Shown: positions 49,091 to 60,800, numbered from the stretch's first letter. The stretch is DNA of 64,000 nucleotides from an uncultured delta proteobacterium (GCA_963804955.1 CAWDSQ010000020.1:128001-192000); one strand, 5' to 3'. The notes: generated by a model from the letters alone, not told the origin. A program made the numbers and translations.

Positions 49091-50253
49091 ATGAATCATA
49101 AATCTTTACTATCAGTATGCTTAGCTATACTCGGCAGCGTTTGCTTCGGCTGCAGCGGCGCCACGACACAGACAACAATCACGCCAACGGCAACATCAAA
49201 TGTCAGATTTATTCCCGCTGATAATACCGTGGTTCTTGCGGGCATTCGCAATGTGGCTATATTTCCGTTTGCCGACTATTCATACCAGCAGTGCCATCTT
49301 GTTAAGGATTGCTGGGGAGGCAATATAAAAATCACCGAGGCGATCACCGACCAGTTCACCACTCACGGGATCACGGTCGCTGTGCAGGAGGATGTCAACA
49401 CGCTCCTGGTTGATGAAAAGGTGATTCGCCCGATTGATGAGGATAAGTATCTTATTGAGGGAACTGTTGAGTCAAAAGATACTGAGAATAAAAAAATAAG
49501 CACCCCCGAATATGAAGTGACCGGCTCCGAACACTCACCTGATATGATCGATGAAATTTTAAGAATAATCGATTTTACCGGTAAAAATAAGAAAAACAAA
49601 ATTGAAGCGTCCCCGGTGATTCAGGGCGTTACAGTCGGCCTGTCCAAAGAAAAAATTATAGAACTCGGCGACAAATTAGGTGTTGATGTTAATTATACGG
49701 GGAAGAATTATCGACTACGGCTACAAGGATATCGGCACCCTCAACCCTCTCTATCGCGGTGTTATCCCTGTTGCTCTCGATTCAGTCAAAGATATTCTCT
49801 ACGGTTCTACCAATGCCTACGGCTATGAAAATGATCTGGAAAACATTGAAAACATGGCGGTCGGCGGTGCAGCGGGTTATGCAATCGGCGAAAAAGCCTG
49901 GGCAAATTCACACGCATGGCGCAGCCGGCCTTGCCCTGGGCACATTTTCCGGCTGGATGGCTTCACAGCATCCCAAAAAGGCCAAGCGGTCAGCTGTCGT
50001 GCAGGTGCGCTTATATGCTCAGAATGCCCTTAATGGTGACGTGCTCTGGACGAACAGAGCCGAGATAGAATATACACCCAAAAGCAACTTCGCCTATGAT
50101 GAAACACATCCCAAGACCATGTTTGACAATGCAGTCAAAAGTGGTATTAAACAATTAATGGATGACTTCTTTAAGGAAGCAGAGGACTACAGCAGCAAGG
50201 CTCCTTATGAAGAGCCGGGAATGCCGATTAAAGATGTTAAACCGGGGGTTTAA
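49091..50253 (+). CDS. Uncharacterised lipoprotein, CsgG/PelC/LpoB-like fold with glycine-zipper insert (two frameshifts)
   Basis: RBS GGAGG and lipobox CFG-C. NVAIFPFAD, ELGDKLGVD.IIRGRIIDY and AVVQVRLYAQNALNGDVLW follow the pattern of this fold. AVGGAAGYAIG..GLALGTFSG segment. Confidence 0.6.
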
Positions 50254-50267
50254 AGGGGAGTTTTCCA

Positions 50268-53200
50268 ATGTCGAAACGATTTTTTTTCATCATTGCAGCA
50301 CTTGTTTTTTTTAGCTCAAGCGCCTGGGCGCAGCTGTCTACGACATCTCCCTGGCCTAAAAAACATAATGATTTAAAAAACACCGGATTTACGAATTTAA
50401 ATTCAGGCACTACAACCGGCAAAGCAAAGTGGGCTTTTGAAGCACCTGGAAATTTTAAATCATCCCCAATTCTTGATAACAACGGAAAAGTATATATCGG
50501 CTCGACTGAAGGAACTTTCTATGCCATCAATCGCATAGACGGCTCACTTGCATGGAAATATAAAACCAATGGCGCTATAGAATTTTCCTCCCCTGCCATT
50601 GGCCAGAATGGTGTCGTCTATGTTGGCAATATGGCGCCCGCAGGCAGAGTATACGCTTTTGATACAAACACCATTAACCCGGATATACCCTCAACATGGG
50701 TTCCCCTCTGGACATATGATACCGGCGGCGGCATTCAGGGATCCATTACCATTGATACTGATGGATCTATTGTTTTTCCGTCAAATGACGGCCATGTGTA
50801 TGCCCTGAATACAAACGGTACGCTTAAATGGCGGAGCCTGGAAAATTACAGCTCCATTTTCACGACACCTGCCATAGACACTGCAACCTCACGTGTTCTG
50901 TTCGGCAGCCAGGAGCCCCAGGACCGGTTTTACACCTATTATGATGGTGAAAATGTACCGGCATCGGTAACCTGCGATGTTATTCCGATCATTAATTTTT
51001 ACAAGGCGCCCACTTTTTTCACCGTAGATAGAAACACAGGAATCGAGCTGACCAATTTCCCCAGTTTTTGCCCTCCCGGTGGTATGACTGCCTCTCCGGT
51101 TATATATTCAAACGGCGACTATCTCGTTCCTTTTTTAAAGCAGACCTATGGAAGTTTTTGTACGGATAGTGTACTTGAAGTGCTCGATGGCCAGACCTGG
51201 GCTGTCTCTGATACGTTGGTGCCTTATAATGCGGCACTCAATTATCCGGTTGATAATACCACCTGCACTGATATTCTTGTCTCTCAAACCGGCTCCACTT
51301 TCGGCAAAGCCTATACCGGCGAAATATGGTCGACGCCGGCGGTTTTTACTGATAACTCCTATGTTATCGGCGAGGGAACACAATTTGCCCGATATTTACC
51401 CAGCGGCAATTTGTACAACGGACTTGTTATCGATGTCGGCGCAAGAATAGAATCATCCCCTGCCATTGACGCTAAGCTTGATGTCTATTTCGGCACCAAC
51501 GGCGGTCAGTTTTTCTGTTTTTGCGCTTCCTGCTCAGAAGGGGATTCCTTAATCAAATGGCAGTTTCCTGCAAACGGTTCGCCGCTGACTGACCAATTCG
51601 GGAATGTCGTAGAAATTAAATCATCACCTGCTATTGATAATGATGCAAAGCATTCCATCTATGTCGGGGCGAATAACGGCACGCTGTATGCTTTTTTTGA
51701 CGGGCCGTCAATATATGGAACAATAAAACTAAGTAACGGCGATCCGCTGAACGGTGTAAAAGTAACCGTTAACAAATACTCAAACAGGAATTATTACGAC
51801 AGTCTATACCGATGCTACGGGCTATTATGTAACGCCGGGCCTGGACAGCGGGCAGTACCAGGTTATTCCGCAATTAAATAATTATGTTTTCAACCCGTCA
51901 GATGCTCCGGTTACGCTGAAAACAATAGATCAAAGCCTCAATTTTACCGCCTCACTCAGTTTTACTCTTCAGGGAAAAGTTGCCTCTGCTGTCGACAACA
52001 CAGGATTGTCTCAAGTTGCAATCAAACTTGTCACGAAAAACGCACTGGGTGATGTTATTTACTCAGACAACAGCACGCAAACTGATGCCGACGGAAATTA
52101 TACGTTTACCGGCATAGGTTATGGCACCACAACTTTAACACCTTCCCGGCCGGGCTGGGGTTTTGATCCCCCATCGATTGATCAGGTCATTACATCCGCC
52201 GACCCTGAAGGTACAGTTTTTCCGATTGCGACTTTTGCCGGTACACTTGGCTATCAGGTTTCGGGAAAAGTCATTGATGCCACAAAGCCCCTGGATGATC
52301 CTGACAATGGCATTGCGGATGTTACGGTAACAATAACAAGCGGAACTTCATTTACTGACACACGGACCACCAATCCACAGGGCCAGTACTCTTTTACCGG
52401 CCTTGCAGATGGCACATATATAGTCAAACCTGCACGCAATTTATACAAATTTTCACCCACGAACCGGACTGTAGTAATTGATAGCGCCAGCGTGCTTGAC
52501 CAGAATTTTTACGGCGCAACCGGCAGTACCATATCCGGAACCCTGAAACTGTCTGGCGATGATACTTCTTTTGACGGTTTTGTGGTCAATCTCTACAGGG
52601 ATGACGAAACCTTCTGGTCGAAAATTTTCAATAGAAACAAACCCCGAACTCTTGTTGCAACAGTTGATGTCGGAGACCAGGGATTCTTTATTTTCATGGG
52701 CGTGGCGGCCGGCAAGTATATTGTAGAGCCGTTCAAAGACGGCTACGGTTTCGAGCCTTCATCAAAAAAAGTCACCATGACAGGCTTAAATGATGTCGGG
52801 AGTCTTGTTTTCACTGCAATCGGCGGCTTCTCGATTTCCGGGAAGATGACCAATTTACTCGGTTTTCCAGAATCCGGCATTGGTGTAATCCTGGTAAATG
52901 ACATAACCGGAGCTACGTATACAGCCATATCAGGCCTCGACGGTTCATATACGTTTACCGGTCTTGAGTCGGGATCATTTACGGTAATACCCGAACAAAC
53001 TGAGTTCAACACAATATCTCCTGCTTCAAAAAATGTTATTATCACAACAGACAGCGTCAGAAAAGTAAACTTCAAAGTCTACTCATTGTGTACAAAGACC
53101 TTTATCACCATACCCTTTTGGGGAACGACCGACTCAACCGTAAACATAATTGGATCATTCTTCGGCACTACCCCTGCTGCTCGACGACACGTCAACGGTA

Positions 53201-53435
53201 GCTGTTACGCTCTATGACGGCACAACAACAAGCGTTACTCCCGGCGTGTATTTCGGAACAAATGATCCTGCATCATGGGTCAAGGCTACTGTGGACAAGC
53301 TGGTCACCGTTTTATATAACCGCAAAGGTTCCTGTTCTCACTCTGCGGGTCGTGCGCGTCTGGGTTGTCCGGCCTGGCCTGTCGGCATGCATCACGAATT
53401 CGCCGGTAAATTTTTTCATAAATACAAATCAGTGA
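50268..53435 (+). CDS. Large secreted surface protein: PQQ-like beta-propeller, several carboxypeptidase-regulatory/Cna-B-like Ig repeats and a C-terminal IPT/TIG-like domain (frameshifted; ~1050 aa)
   Basis: Sec signal (SAWA-Q); repeated SSPAI..G.VYVG...YA....G..W blades; repeated (I/V)SG....G.YTFTGL..G.Y.V.P...Y.F.P units; ORFs 50268-51881, 52006-53217 and 53150-53435 join. Confidence 0.75.
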
Positions 53436-53461
53436 TTGTAACCAGGACTTTCTGGTGATGC

Positions 53462-53494
53462 AAGAGGCACAAGTGAAACAAGCTTGTGCCTCTT
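53462..53494 (+). terminator. Terminator hairpin closing the extended pil operon
   Basis: Perfect 12-bp stem AAGAGGCACAAG / CTTGTGCCTCTT. Confidence 0.65.
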
Positions 53495-53564
53495 TGCATT
53501 TACATTTGCCCTCTTGATTTTTCTGTGCTACAAATTTTGAAAACTATTAACATAAAGGACCAAA

Positions 53565-54725
53565 ATGCTGCGCTTTTTAACTGCAGGTGAATCACATGGA
53601 CCGGCCCTGACTGCTGTCATTGATGGTGTTCCCTCAGGGCTTAAACTTACGGCTGAAGCAATCAATCATGACCTTGCCCGGCGTCAGATCGGCTATGGCC
53701 GGGGCAAGCGCATGGAAATTGAAAAAGACAGGGTTGAAATCATTTCGGGTGTCCGTTTTGCCAAAACGCTCGGGACCCCCGTTTCTTTGCTTATACATAA
53801 TCTTGACTGGCCCAACTGGCAGCAGACAATGTCTGCTGCGGCTGTCCGGGATTGTTCAGCAACTCCTATAACTGAACCCCGGCCCGGACATGCCGATCTG
53901 CCGGGAGCGCTGAAATATGACCACAAGGATATACGCAATATACTGGAGAGGGCCAGCGCCCGGGAAACAACAACACGTGTGGCTGTCGGCGCCGTATGCC
54001 GGACTTTTCTTTCAGCATTCGGCATTCAGATAAGCAGTTATGTGACAGAAATCGGCGGCATCAGAATTCCCTGTTCTGCTCTTGATCTGAAAACAAGATT
54101 CCTCCTGGCTGAAAAATCAGACCTCCGCTGTGTCTGCCCCGAAACTGAAAAAAAAATTAAAAAGCGCATTGATGCATGCAGGCGGAAAGGCGACTCTTTA
54201 GGCGGCGTTTTCGAGGTTGTAGCAACAGGGCTGCCCGTAGGGCTGGGAAGCTACTCGCAGTGGGATACACGCCTTGACGGCAGGCTGGCGCAGGCTGTCA
54301 TGAGCATACAGGCGATTAAAGGGGTGGAAATAGGCCTTGGCTTTGAAACTGCCCGTATAAGCGGCTCCCGTGTTCATGATGAAATTTTTCATGATAAAAA
54401 CAGAGGTTTTTTCAGAAAAACCAATAATGCAGGCGGCATTGAAGGCGGCATATCAAATGGTGAGCCCATTATAATCAGGGCGGCCATGAAACCCATCGCA
54501 ACACTCTACAGCCCGCTGCATTCGGTGGACATTATTACAAAAAAAACTGTTAAAGCCGCTGTGGAGCGCTCCGATATCTGCCGGGTTCCATCGGCCGCCG
54601 TCATAGGCGAGGCAATGGTTGCCATGGAGCTTGCTAAAATCATGCTGGAGAAATTCGGCGCCGACAGCATGCGGGAAATTACAAAAAATTACAAAGCCTA
54701 TACCTCCCATATCGCTAGATTTTAG
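53565..54725 (+). CDS. aroC: Chorismate synthase
   Basis: TAGESHG, PRPGHAD, ERASARET, NNAGGIEGGISNG and MKPIAT motifs. Confidence 0.97.
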   Translation: MLRFLTAGESHGPALTAVIDGVPSGLKLTAEAINHDLARRQIGYGRGKRMEIEKDRVEIISGVRFAKTLGTPVSLLIHNLDWPNWQQTMSAAAVRDCSATPITEPRPGHADLPGALKYDHKDIRNILERASARETTTRVAVGAVCRTFLSAFGIQISSYVTEIGGIRIPCSALDLKTRFLLAEKSDLRCVCPETEKKIKKRIDACRRKGDSLGGVFEVVATGLPVGLGSYSQWDTRLDGRLAQAVMSIQAIKGVEIGLGFETARISGSRVHDEIFHDKNRGFFRKTNNAGGIEGGISNGEPIIIRAAMKPIATLYSPLHSVDIITKKTVKAAVERSDICRVPSAAVIGEAMVAMELAKIMLEKFGADSMREITKNYKAYTSHIARF

Positions 54726-54727
54726 CT

Positions 54728-55813
54728 ATGAATACTGTCACCGTCGATCTTGGCCAGCGAAGCTATGATATTTTAATAGAAGAACAGCTCCTTGATAAGG
54801 CTGGCTCCTGTATAGCCGGACTGCGCCCTCAAGCAACCACTGCCATAGTCACCAATACGACTGTCGCACCGCTCTATGCTGCCCGGCTGTCGGCAGCACT
54901 TACACATTCCGGCATTAAAACGGCTGTCATAGAACTTCCCGACGGAGAGCAATTCAAAACTCACGACCACCTGATGCACATCTATTCCTCAATGCTCGCA
55001 GCAGGCCTTGACCGGCAATCGCTGCTCATAGCCCTTGGAGGCGGCGTTATAGGAGATATGACCGGCTTTGCCGCCGCTACCTATATGCGTGGCGTGCCTT
55101 TTATTCAAATACCCACAACGCTGCTTGCGCAGGTTGACAGCAGCGTCGGCGGTAAAACAGGAGTCAATCTTGCTGAAGGCAAAAATCTTGTCGGAGCATT
55201 TCATCAGCCGCTTATGGTTTTAATTGATCCTCACGTGCTGAAAACCCTTCCAGCCAGGCAATTGCAGTCAGGCGCAGCAGAGGTTGTAAAAACAGCTGTC
55301 ATTCATGATGCAAAATTTTTTGATTACCTTGAACATACCGCAGCAGGAATTGCCGGAGCTGATATGGCGGTGCTTCAAACCGTTATTGAAGCGTGCTGCA
55401 GGATTAAGGCCACAATAACCGCACTTGATGAAACTGAGCAGGGTATACGCGCATTTCTAAATTTCGGGCATACCATCGGTCATGCCATTGAAACGCTGAC
55501 CGGCTATGCGACCTACACCCATGGTGAAGCCGTATCCATAGGCATGGCAGCAACTGCGCATATGTCATGCAAACTTGGATTTTGCAAAAACAGCGATGCC
55601 GAGCGGATAATCGCTCTGCTCCAGAATATCGGGCTTCCCACGGCCCTGCCCCGTTTTTCAGCCGCAGCCTATATCAAAGCTATTTTAAAAGATAAAAAAA
55701 AGATGGCGGATGCTTTAAAAATGGTTTTCATTAAAGAAATCGGTACTGTTTTTATGCGCGCTACAGCAGCTCAGGAGCTGCATGAACTGCTGGTTAATGA
55801 ATGCAGTCTCTAA
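54728..55813 (+). CDS. aroB: 3-dehydroquinate synthase
   Basis: LGGGVIGD, PTTLLAQVDSSVGGKTG and LNFGHTIGHAIE motifs. Confidence 0.97.
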   Translation: MNTVTVDLGQRSYDILIEEQLLDKAGSCIAGLRPQATTAIVTNTTVAPLYAARLSAALTHSGIKTAVIELPDGEQFKTHDHLMHIYSSMLAAGLDRQSLLIALGGGVIGDMTGFAAATYMRGVPFIQIPTTLLAQVDSSVGGKTGVNLAEGKNLVGAFHQPLMVLIDPHVLKTLPARQLQSGAAEVVKTAVIHDAKFFDYLEHTAAGIAGADMAVLQTVIEACCRIKATITALDETEQGIRAFLNFGHTIGHAIETLTGYATYTHGEAVSIGMAATAHMSCKLGFCKNSDAERIIALLQNIGLPTALPRFSAAAYIKAILKDKKKMADALKMVFIKEIGTVFMRATAAQELHELLVNECSL

Positions 55814-55825
55814 GAGGTATACATC

Positions 55826-56269
55826 ATGAACATACTTGTGCTCCATGGCCCCAATTTAAATCTTCTCGGCAGGCGTGAGCCTGATCACTACGGCAGCCTG
55901 ACCCTCGGCAATATTAACGCGCTGCTGCAGGAGGCAGCTCAAAAAGAACGCATTGAAATTAGCTTTTACCAGTCAAACGCCGAGGGAGAGCTCGTCGATG
56001 CCGTGCATAAGGCCATTGGGGTTTTTGATGGTATTATTATTAACCCCGGCGCCTACACGCATACCAGCATAGCGCTTCGTGATGCAATACTTGCGGCGGG
56101 AATCCCTGTGGTTGAAGTCCATTTGTCAAATATCTACTGCAGAGAGGATTTCAGGCAGCACTCCTATATTTCAGGCGTAGCCCTCGGGGTCATTTCAGGC
56201 TTCAGGGAACAGAGCTACCTGCTTGGATTGCAGGCTCTTATTGCGCATGCAAAGAAAGCATCCTGCTAA
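55826..56269 (+). CDS. aroQ: Type II 3-dehydroquinate dehydratase
   Basis: [25 protein letters not shown] and EVHLSN motifs. Confidence 0.97.
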   Translation: MNILVLHGPNLNLLGRREPDHYGSLTLGNINALLQEAAQKERIEISFYQSNAEGELVDAVHKAIGVFDGIIINPGAYTHTSIALRDAILAAGIPVVEVHLSNIYCREDFRQHSYISGVALGVISGFREQSYLLGLQALIAHAKKASC

Positions 56270-57597
56270 GATTTTTCTTTTTTTGCACGGGGTGCTATTT
56301 CAATCCGTATTGGAAGACCCTCAAAATTGAAACGTTCACGAACCGCTCTTTCAAAATAGCGCAGGTAGGATGGCTGAAAAGCCTCCGTGTGATTGGTGAA
56401 TATTTTAAACGTAGGCGGAGCAGTAGCAACCTGAGAAGAATAATATATGCGCGTTCTGTGCGATGGCCCGCGCGGCGGCGGATTCTGATCATAAATCTGC
56501 TGAACACCTCTATTGACCTCACTCGTAGCGACTCTGCGGGAATAGCCGGCCCCCAGAGTTTCAATCAGATCAAACAGCTTTCTGACCCGCAAGCCCGTAA
56601 CTGCAGAAACAGTTACAATCGGGGCGAAATCAATAAATGACAAATCGGACCGAACAGCATTCACGAAAGCTTCATGCGTTTTGGTCTCTTTTTCAATGAG
56701 GTCCCATTTATTTATCAGTATGATGCAGGCACGCTTGCGGTCATAAATCTCGGCAGCCAGTTTTGCATCCTGCGTGGTGACGCCCTGCGCTGCATCAAGC
56801 ATTAAAATACAAATTGATGACCGGTTGATGCTTCGCAATGCCTGGAGAGCAGTATATTTCTCAAGACTGTAGCTCATACGGCTCTTTTTGCGAATGCCTG
56901 CCGTATCGATAAAGCGTATAGTTTTCTGGTTATATTTGATCAGGGTATCAATGGGGTCGCGCGTCGTACCGGCAATACTGCTCACCATATGCTTTTTGTA
57001 GCCGACCAGCTTATTGACAAGCGATGATTTTCCCACATTGGGCCTGCCGATAATTGAAACGATGGTCTCATCTTCTCCGGCGGCAGATTCCTGGCCAGGG
57101 GCTGCATAGGCGCAGACTGCAGTCATTAAATCCTGTATGCCAAGCCGGTTTTTTGCCGAAACAGGCACCACGTGCTCGACGCCAAGGCGATAGAAATCAA
57201 CGCTGTTTTGTTCATCGATTGTTTTTTCAACTTTATTAACGGCATAAATGACTGGCTTTCGGGATTTCTGAAGTATTCGTGTTATTTCTATATCGTTATG
57301 GAGAAGCCCCTGTTTGCCATCCATGAGAAAAATGATTATGTCGGCCTCTTCAACGGCCAGGCGGGCATGTTCCTGAACAAGCAGTGCGAGTTCATCATCA
57401 ACATCAGGATCAAAACCCCCGGTATCGACCAGCGTGAACGCGTATTCCTCCCAGAGTATGTCAACGTAATTTCTGTCTCTGGTAACGCCTGCAAGATCGT
57501 CGACAATGGCTATATTTTTTTTCGCAAGTGTATTAAACAAAGTTGATTTGCCGACATTCGGTCTGCCGACGATTGCAACAACAGGCTTCGTTTTCAT
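56266..57597 (-). CDS. der: Ribosome biogenesis GTPase Der (EngA)
   Basis: Two GRPNVGKS GTPase domains, DTGG/DTAG and a C-terminal KH-like domain. Confidence 0.97.
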   Translation of the reverse strand: MKTKPVVAIVGRPNVGKSTLFNTLAKKNIAIVDDLAGVTRDRNYVDILWEEYAFTLVDTGGFDPDVDDELALLVQEHARLAVEEADIIIFLMDGKQGLLHNDIEITRILQKSRKPVIYAVNKVEKTIDEQNSVDFYRLGVEHVVPVSAKNRLGIQDLMTAVCAYAAPGQESAAGEDETIVSIIGRPNVGKSSLVNKLVGYKKHMVSSIAGTTRDPIDTLIKYNQKTIRFIDTAGIRKKSRMSYSLEKYTALQALRSINRSSICILMLDAAQGVTTQDAKLAAEIYDRKRACIILINKWDLIEKETKTHEAFVNAVRSDLSFIDFAPIVTVSAVTGLRVRKLFDLIETLGAGYSRRVATSEVNRGVQQIYDQNPPPRGPSHRTRIYYSSQVATAPPTFKIFTNHTEAFQPSYLRYFERAVRERFNFEGLPIRIEIAPRAKKEKS

Positions 57598-58331
57598 GAT
57601 TCTTTACCCTGCAGGACAGTTAATGTTTTTTCGGCAGCATCCTGCTCCGATGCCTTTTTACTGCCGCCCTGCCCTTTTTCATAGGCGCAATTTCCTATAA
57701 TGACCTGCGACTCAAAATATTTTCCGTGATCAGGTCCGTCTTCCATCGTCACCACATACCGTGGAACGGCATTGAACGACCGCTGCGCAAATTCCTGGAG
57801 CCTGCTTTTAAAATCACGAAAGTAGCCTTTTTGAACGACTTCATCAAGCAGCGCCGAACAATGCCTTTCGATAAGGCTGAAGACTGTTGCAAAATTGCTA
57901 TCATAATAAATTGCGGCAATGAGCGCTTCATACACATTGGCCAATATGGATTTTTTTTCGCGGCCTCCGCATTCATTCTCTCCTTTGCTTAAAAAAATGC
58001 ATATACCGAGGCAAAATGAACGGGCAAGGCCGGCCAGCACATCTTCATTGACTATGGCGGCCCGCATATTTGAAAGTTTGCCTTCTGAGCAGTTTTTTGC
58101 CCGTTCCATAAGAATATGGCTGACAATAAGCCCCAAAACTGCATCACCGATAAACTCCAGACGCTCATTACCCCATGTATTTACAAGCTGCATTTCATTG
58201 GCATATGATTTGTGCGTTAAAGCCTCCAGCAAAAGCTCTCTGTTTTTGAACTGATAACCAAGGTCATTTTGAAGCTGCTGCAGGTTTATTTCTTCCTGAG
58301 GCTGTATATTCCGCATGTTTTCACTTTGCAT
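57594..58331 (-). CDS. rnc: Ribonuclease III
   Basis: ALTHKSY, NERLEFIGDAVL, YEALIAAIYYD and dsRBD DFKSRLQE..EQDAA. Confidence 0.96.
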   Translation of the reverse strand: MQSENMRNIQPQEEINLQQLQNDLGYQFKNRELLLEALTHKSYANEMQLVNTWGNERLEFIGDAVLGLIVSHILMERAKNCSEGKLSNMRAAIVNEDVLAGLARSFCLGICIFLSKGENECGGREKKSILANVYEALIAAIYYDSNFATVFSLIERHCSALLDEVVQKGYFRDFKSRLQEFAQRSFNAVPRYVVTMEDGPDHGKYFESQVIIGNCAYEKGQGGSKKASEQDAAEKTLTVLQGKES

Positions 58332-58500
58332 TGAGAATCACGGGCTGTAAAATTAATTTGACTTTTTATAGTATCAAAACTTATGCTTAAAAACAATGGA
58401 TGATTAATCAGGAGGTTTTTTTCGGAAATTTCTATTGCATATTCACTATAAATAAGTAAACTTTAAAAACACTTAAACACTTATATATAATGGAGCTATT

Positions 58501-59538
58501 ATGGATGCATCTGAACTGCTCATATTTGCTGTTAACCAAAAAGCCTCTGATCTGCATTTAAGCGCCGGAGAGCCGCCCATGCTGCGCATTCATGGCGAAC
58601 TGCGCAAGTTGGAGACACCGGCCCTGACAGCCGAACAGGTGCATAAGCTGATATATGACATACTCAATGACAGGCAGCGCAAAACCCTTGAGGAAACAAA
58701 AGAGCTGGATTTTTCTATTGCCCTGGGTGAATATGGCAGATTTCGCGTCAACTGTTTTTTTCAGCAGCGTGGCGGTGCGGCTGTTTTCCGGTCGATTCCG
58801 AGCAAAATACATACATTTGAAGAACTCAATCTTCCCCGGGTCTGCCGCCAGATTGCGAAGAACCGCAGGGGCCTTGTACTTGTAACCGGCCCCACGGGCA
58901 GCGGAAAATCGACAACGCTTGCAGCTATCATCAATCATATAAATAATGATCGCAAAGAGCATATCATTACTATTGAAGACCCTATCGAATTTATCCACAC
59001 ATCGATCAATTGTTTGATAAATCAGCGAGAACTGCTGGCCCATACCCACAGCTTTGCCAATGCGCTCAGAAGCGCGCTTCGTGAAGATCCTGATGTTATT
59101 CTTGTTGGTGAAATGCGCGATCTTGAAACAATCCAGCTGGCCCTTACCGCTGCTGAAACCGGCCATCTGGTTTTTGCGACACTGCATACAACCGGCGCTG
59201 CTAAAACAATAGATCGTATTATTGACGTTTTCCCCACAGATCAGCAGGAACAGGTACGGACGCAGTTTTCCGAATCCCTGCAAGCTGTTATTTCCCAGCG
59301 GCTGTTCAAGCGCCGTGACGGCACGGGGCGTATTGCAGCAGTCGAAGTCATGATCGGAACGACCGCCATTAGAAATCTCATTCGTGAAAGCAAAATATCT
59401 CAGATACCCTCAGTTATGCAGACTGGCCAGAAATTCGGCATGCAGACAATGGACGCTGCGCTGAAGGACCTGATCAGCCGTAAAATCATTTCCCCCGAAG
59501 AGGCAGAAGGCATACTGGATGAAACGCTTATTTCCTAA
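58501..59538 (+). CDS. pilT: Type IV pilus retraction ATPase PilT
   Basis: ASDLHL, GPTGSGKST, TIEDPIE, LREDPDVILVGEMRD and AIRNLIRE motifs. Confidence 0.96.
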   Translation: MDASELLIFAVNQKASDLHLSAGEPPMLRIHGELRKLETPALTAEQVHKLIYDILNDRQRKTLEETKELDFSIALGEYGRFRVNCFFQQRGGAAVFRSIPSKIHTFEELNLPRVCRQIAKNRRGLVLVTGPTGSGKSTTLAAIINHINNDRKEHIITIEDPIEFIHTSINCLINQRELLAHTHSFANALRSALREDPDVILVGEMRDLETIQLALTAAETGHLVFATLHTTGAAKTIDRIIDVFPTDQQEQVRTQFSESLQAVISQRLFKRRDGTGRIAAVEVMIGTTAIRNLIRESKISQIPSVMQTGQKFGMQTMDAALKDLISRKIISPEEAEGILDETLIS

Positions 59539-59660
59539 TCAATGCCTGAACGAGCTATCTTTATGTATCGATTGGATTAAGCAATGCGTCTGAAATCCCG
59601 GCAAATTCTTGATTGAGTTTTTTTGTTTAGCAACCAAGTACCATATCAGGGGATCTTTAC

Positions 59661-60800
59661 ATGACAATCAAAGAATTATTGATAATTATGGATAAAGTGA
59701 AGGCATCCGATCTGTATCTGACGGTTGATGCTCCGCCCATGTTCAGGATCGAAGGGCTTACCCGGCCCTATGGCGATTCAAAACTCGCGTCACATCAAAC
59801 AGAGGATATAGCCCAATCGCTTTTGACCGAGAGGCAAAAGGCGATTTTTTCTGAAACACTGGAAATGAATTTAGGCCTGTATTACCCGGAACTCGGACGT
59901 TTTCGAGTAAATATCTTTCGTCAGAAAAGCTTTGTCGGCCTTGTTTTCAGGCGGATCAAGCTTGAAATAGACACGCTTGATGATCTGCGCTTGCCGCCAG
60001 TATTGAAAGATATCTGCCTGACCAAGCGAGGTCTCGTGCTGATCGTGGGAGGTACCGGTACCGGTAAATCAACCACCCTTGCCGCCATGATTGAGCACCG
60101 GAGCAGCATGACAACAGGGCATATCGTTACGGTTGAAGATCCTATTGAGTTTCTCTATCCGCACCGCAAATGCATTGTCAGTCAACGTGAAATCGGGATT
60201 GACACATACAGCTATGCTGAAGCTCTAAAAAACACGCTGCGTCAGGCCCCTGATGTCATATTGATCGGAGAAATACGCGACAGGGAAACAATGGAATCAG
60301 CTATAACCTTTTCTGAAACCGGCCATTTATGCCTGTCAACCCTGCATGCCAATAATGCCAATCAGGCCATAGAGCGCATTATGAATTTTTTTCCTCCTGA
60401 AAAACATGCGCAGTTATATTTTCAGCTTTCACTGAACATGCGCGCATTCATTTCACAGCGGCTTATTCCAACTGTTGAGGGTAAACGGGTTGCCGCAATG
60501 GAGATCCTTATTGATACGCCCCGTGTCAAGGATTTGATTATGAAAAGAAAAATCGATGTGCTCAAAGAAGCAATGCAGGAATCGCCGGCCGAGGGAATGC
60601 AGACTTTTGATAAGTCTTTGTTCGACCTTTTTAAAGAAGGGAAAATTTCATACGAGAACGCCATTGCCTATGCAGACAGCGCAAATGACCTGCGCCTGCG
60701 CATTAAAATTGATGATGTTCAGGATAAAAGCACGCAGCCGGCTGATAAATCTAAACAAAACAACCCCACTGATGACGATAATTCCCTGAGACTGAAATAG
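59661..60800 (+). CDS. pilU: PilU-type retraction ATPase
   Basis: ASDLYL, GGTGTGKST, LRQAPDVILIGEIRD, TLHANNANQA and ADSANDLRL motifs. Confidence 0.92.
   Translation: MTIKELLIIMDKVKASDLYLTVDAPPMFRIEGLTRPYGDSKLASHQTEDIAQSLLTERQKAIFSETLEMNLGLYYPELGRFRVNIFRQKSFVGLVFRRIKLEIDTLDDLRLPPVLKDICLTKRGLVLIVGGTGTGKSTTLAAMIEHRSSMTTGHIVTVEDPIEFLYPHRKCIVSQREIGIDTYSYAEALKNTLRQAPDVILIGEIRDRETMESAITFSETGHLCLSTLHANNANQAIERIMNFFPPEKHAQLYFQLSLNMRAFISQRLIPTVEGKRVAAMEILIDTPRVKDLIMKRKIDVLKEAMQESPAEGMQTFDKSLFDLFKEGKISYENAIAYADSANDLRLRIKIDDVQDKSTQPADKSKQNNPTDDDNSLRLK

Noticed and set aside
39926..53555. Isolated XerD-arm-like strings TTTTAACATAA (39926) and TATTAACATAA (53545)
   Set aside because: No partner arm; one lies inside lptD codons; about one such 9-mer is expected by chance in 64 kb.
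58991..58999. DnaA box TTATCCACA (also TTATTCACA at 27677)
   Set aside because: Isolated copies, one inside pilT; no cluster or unwinding element, so not an origin.
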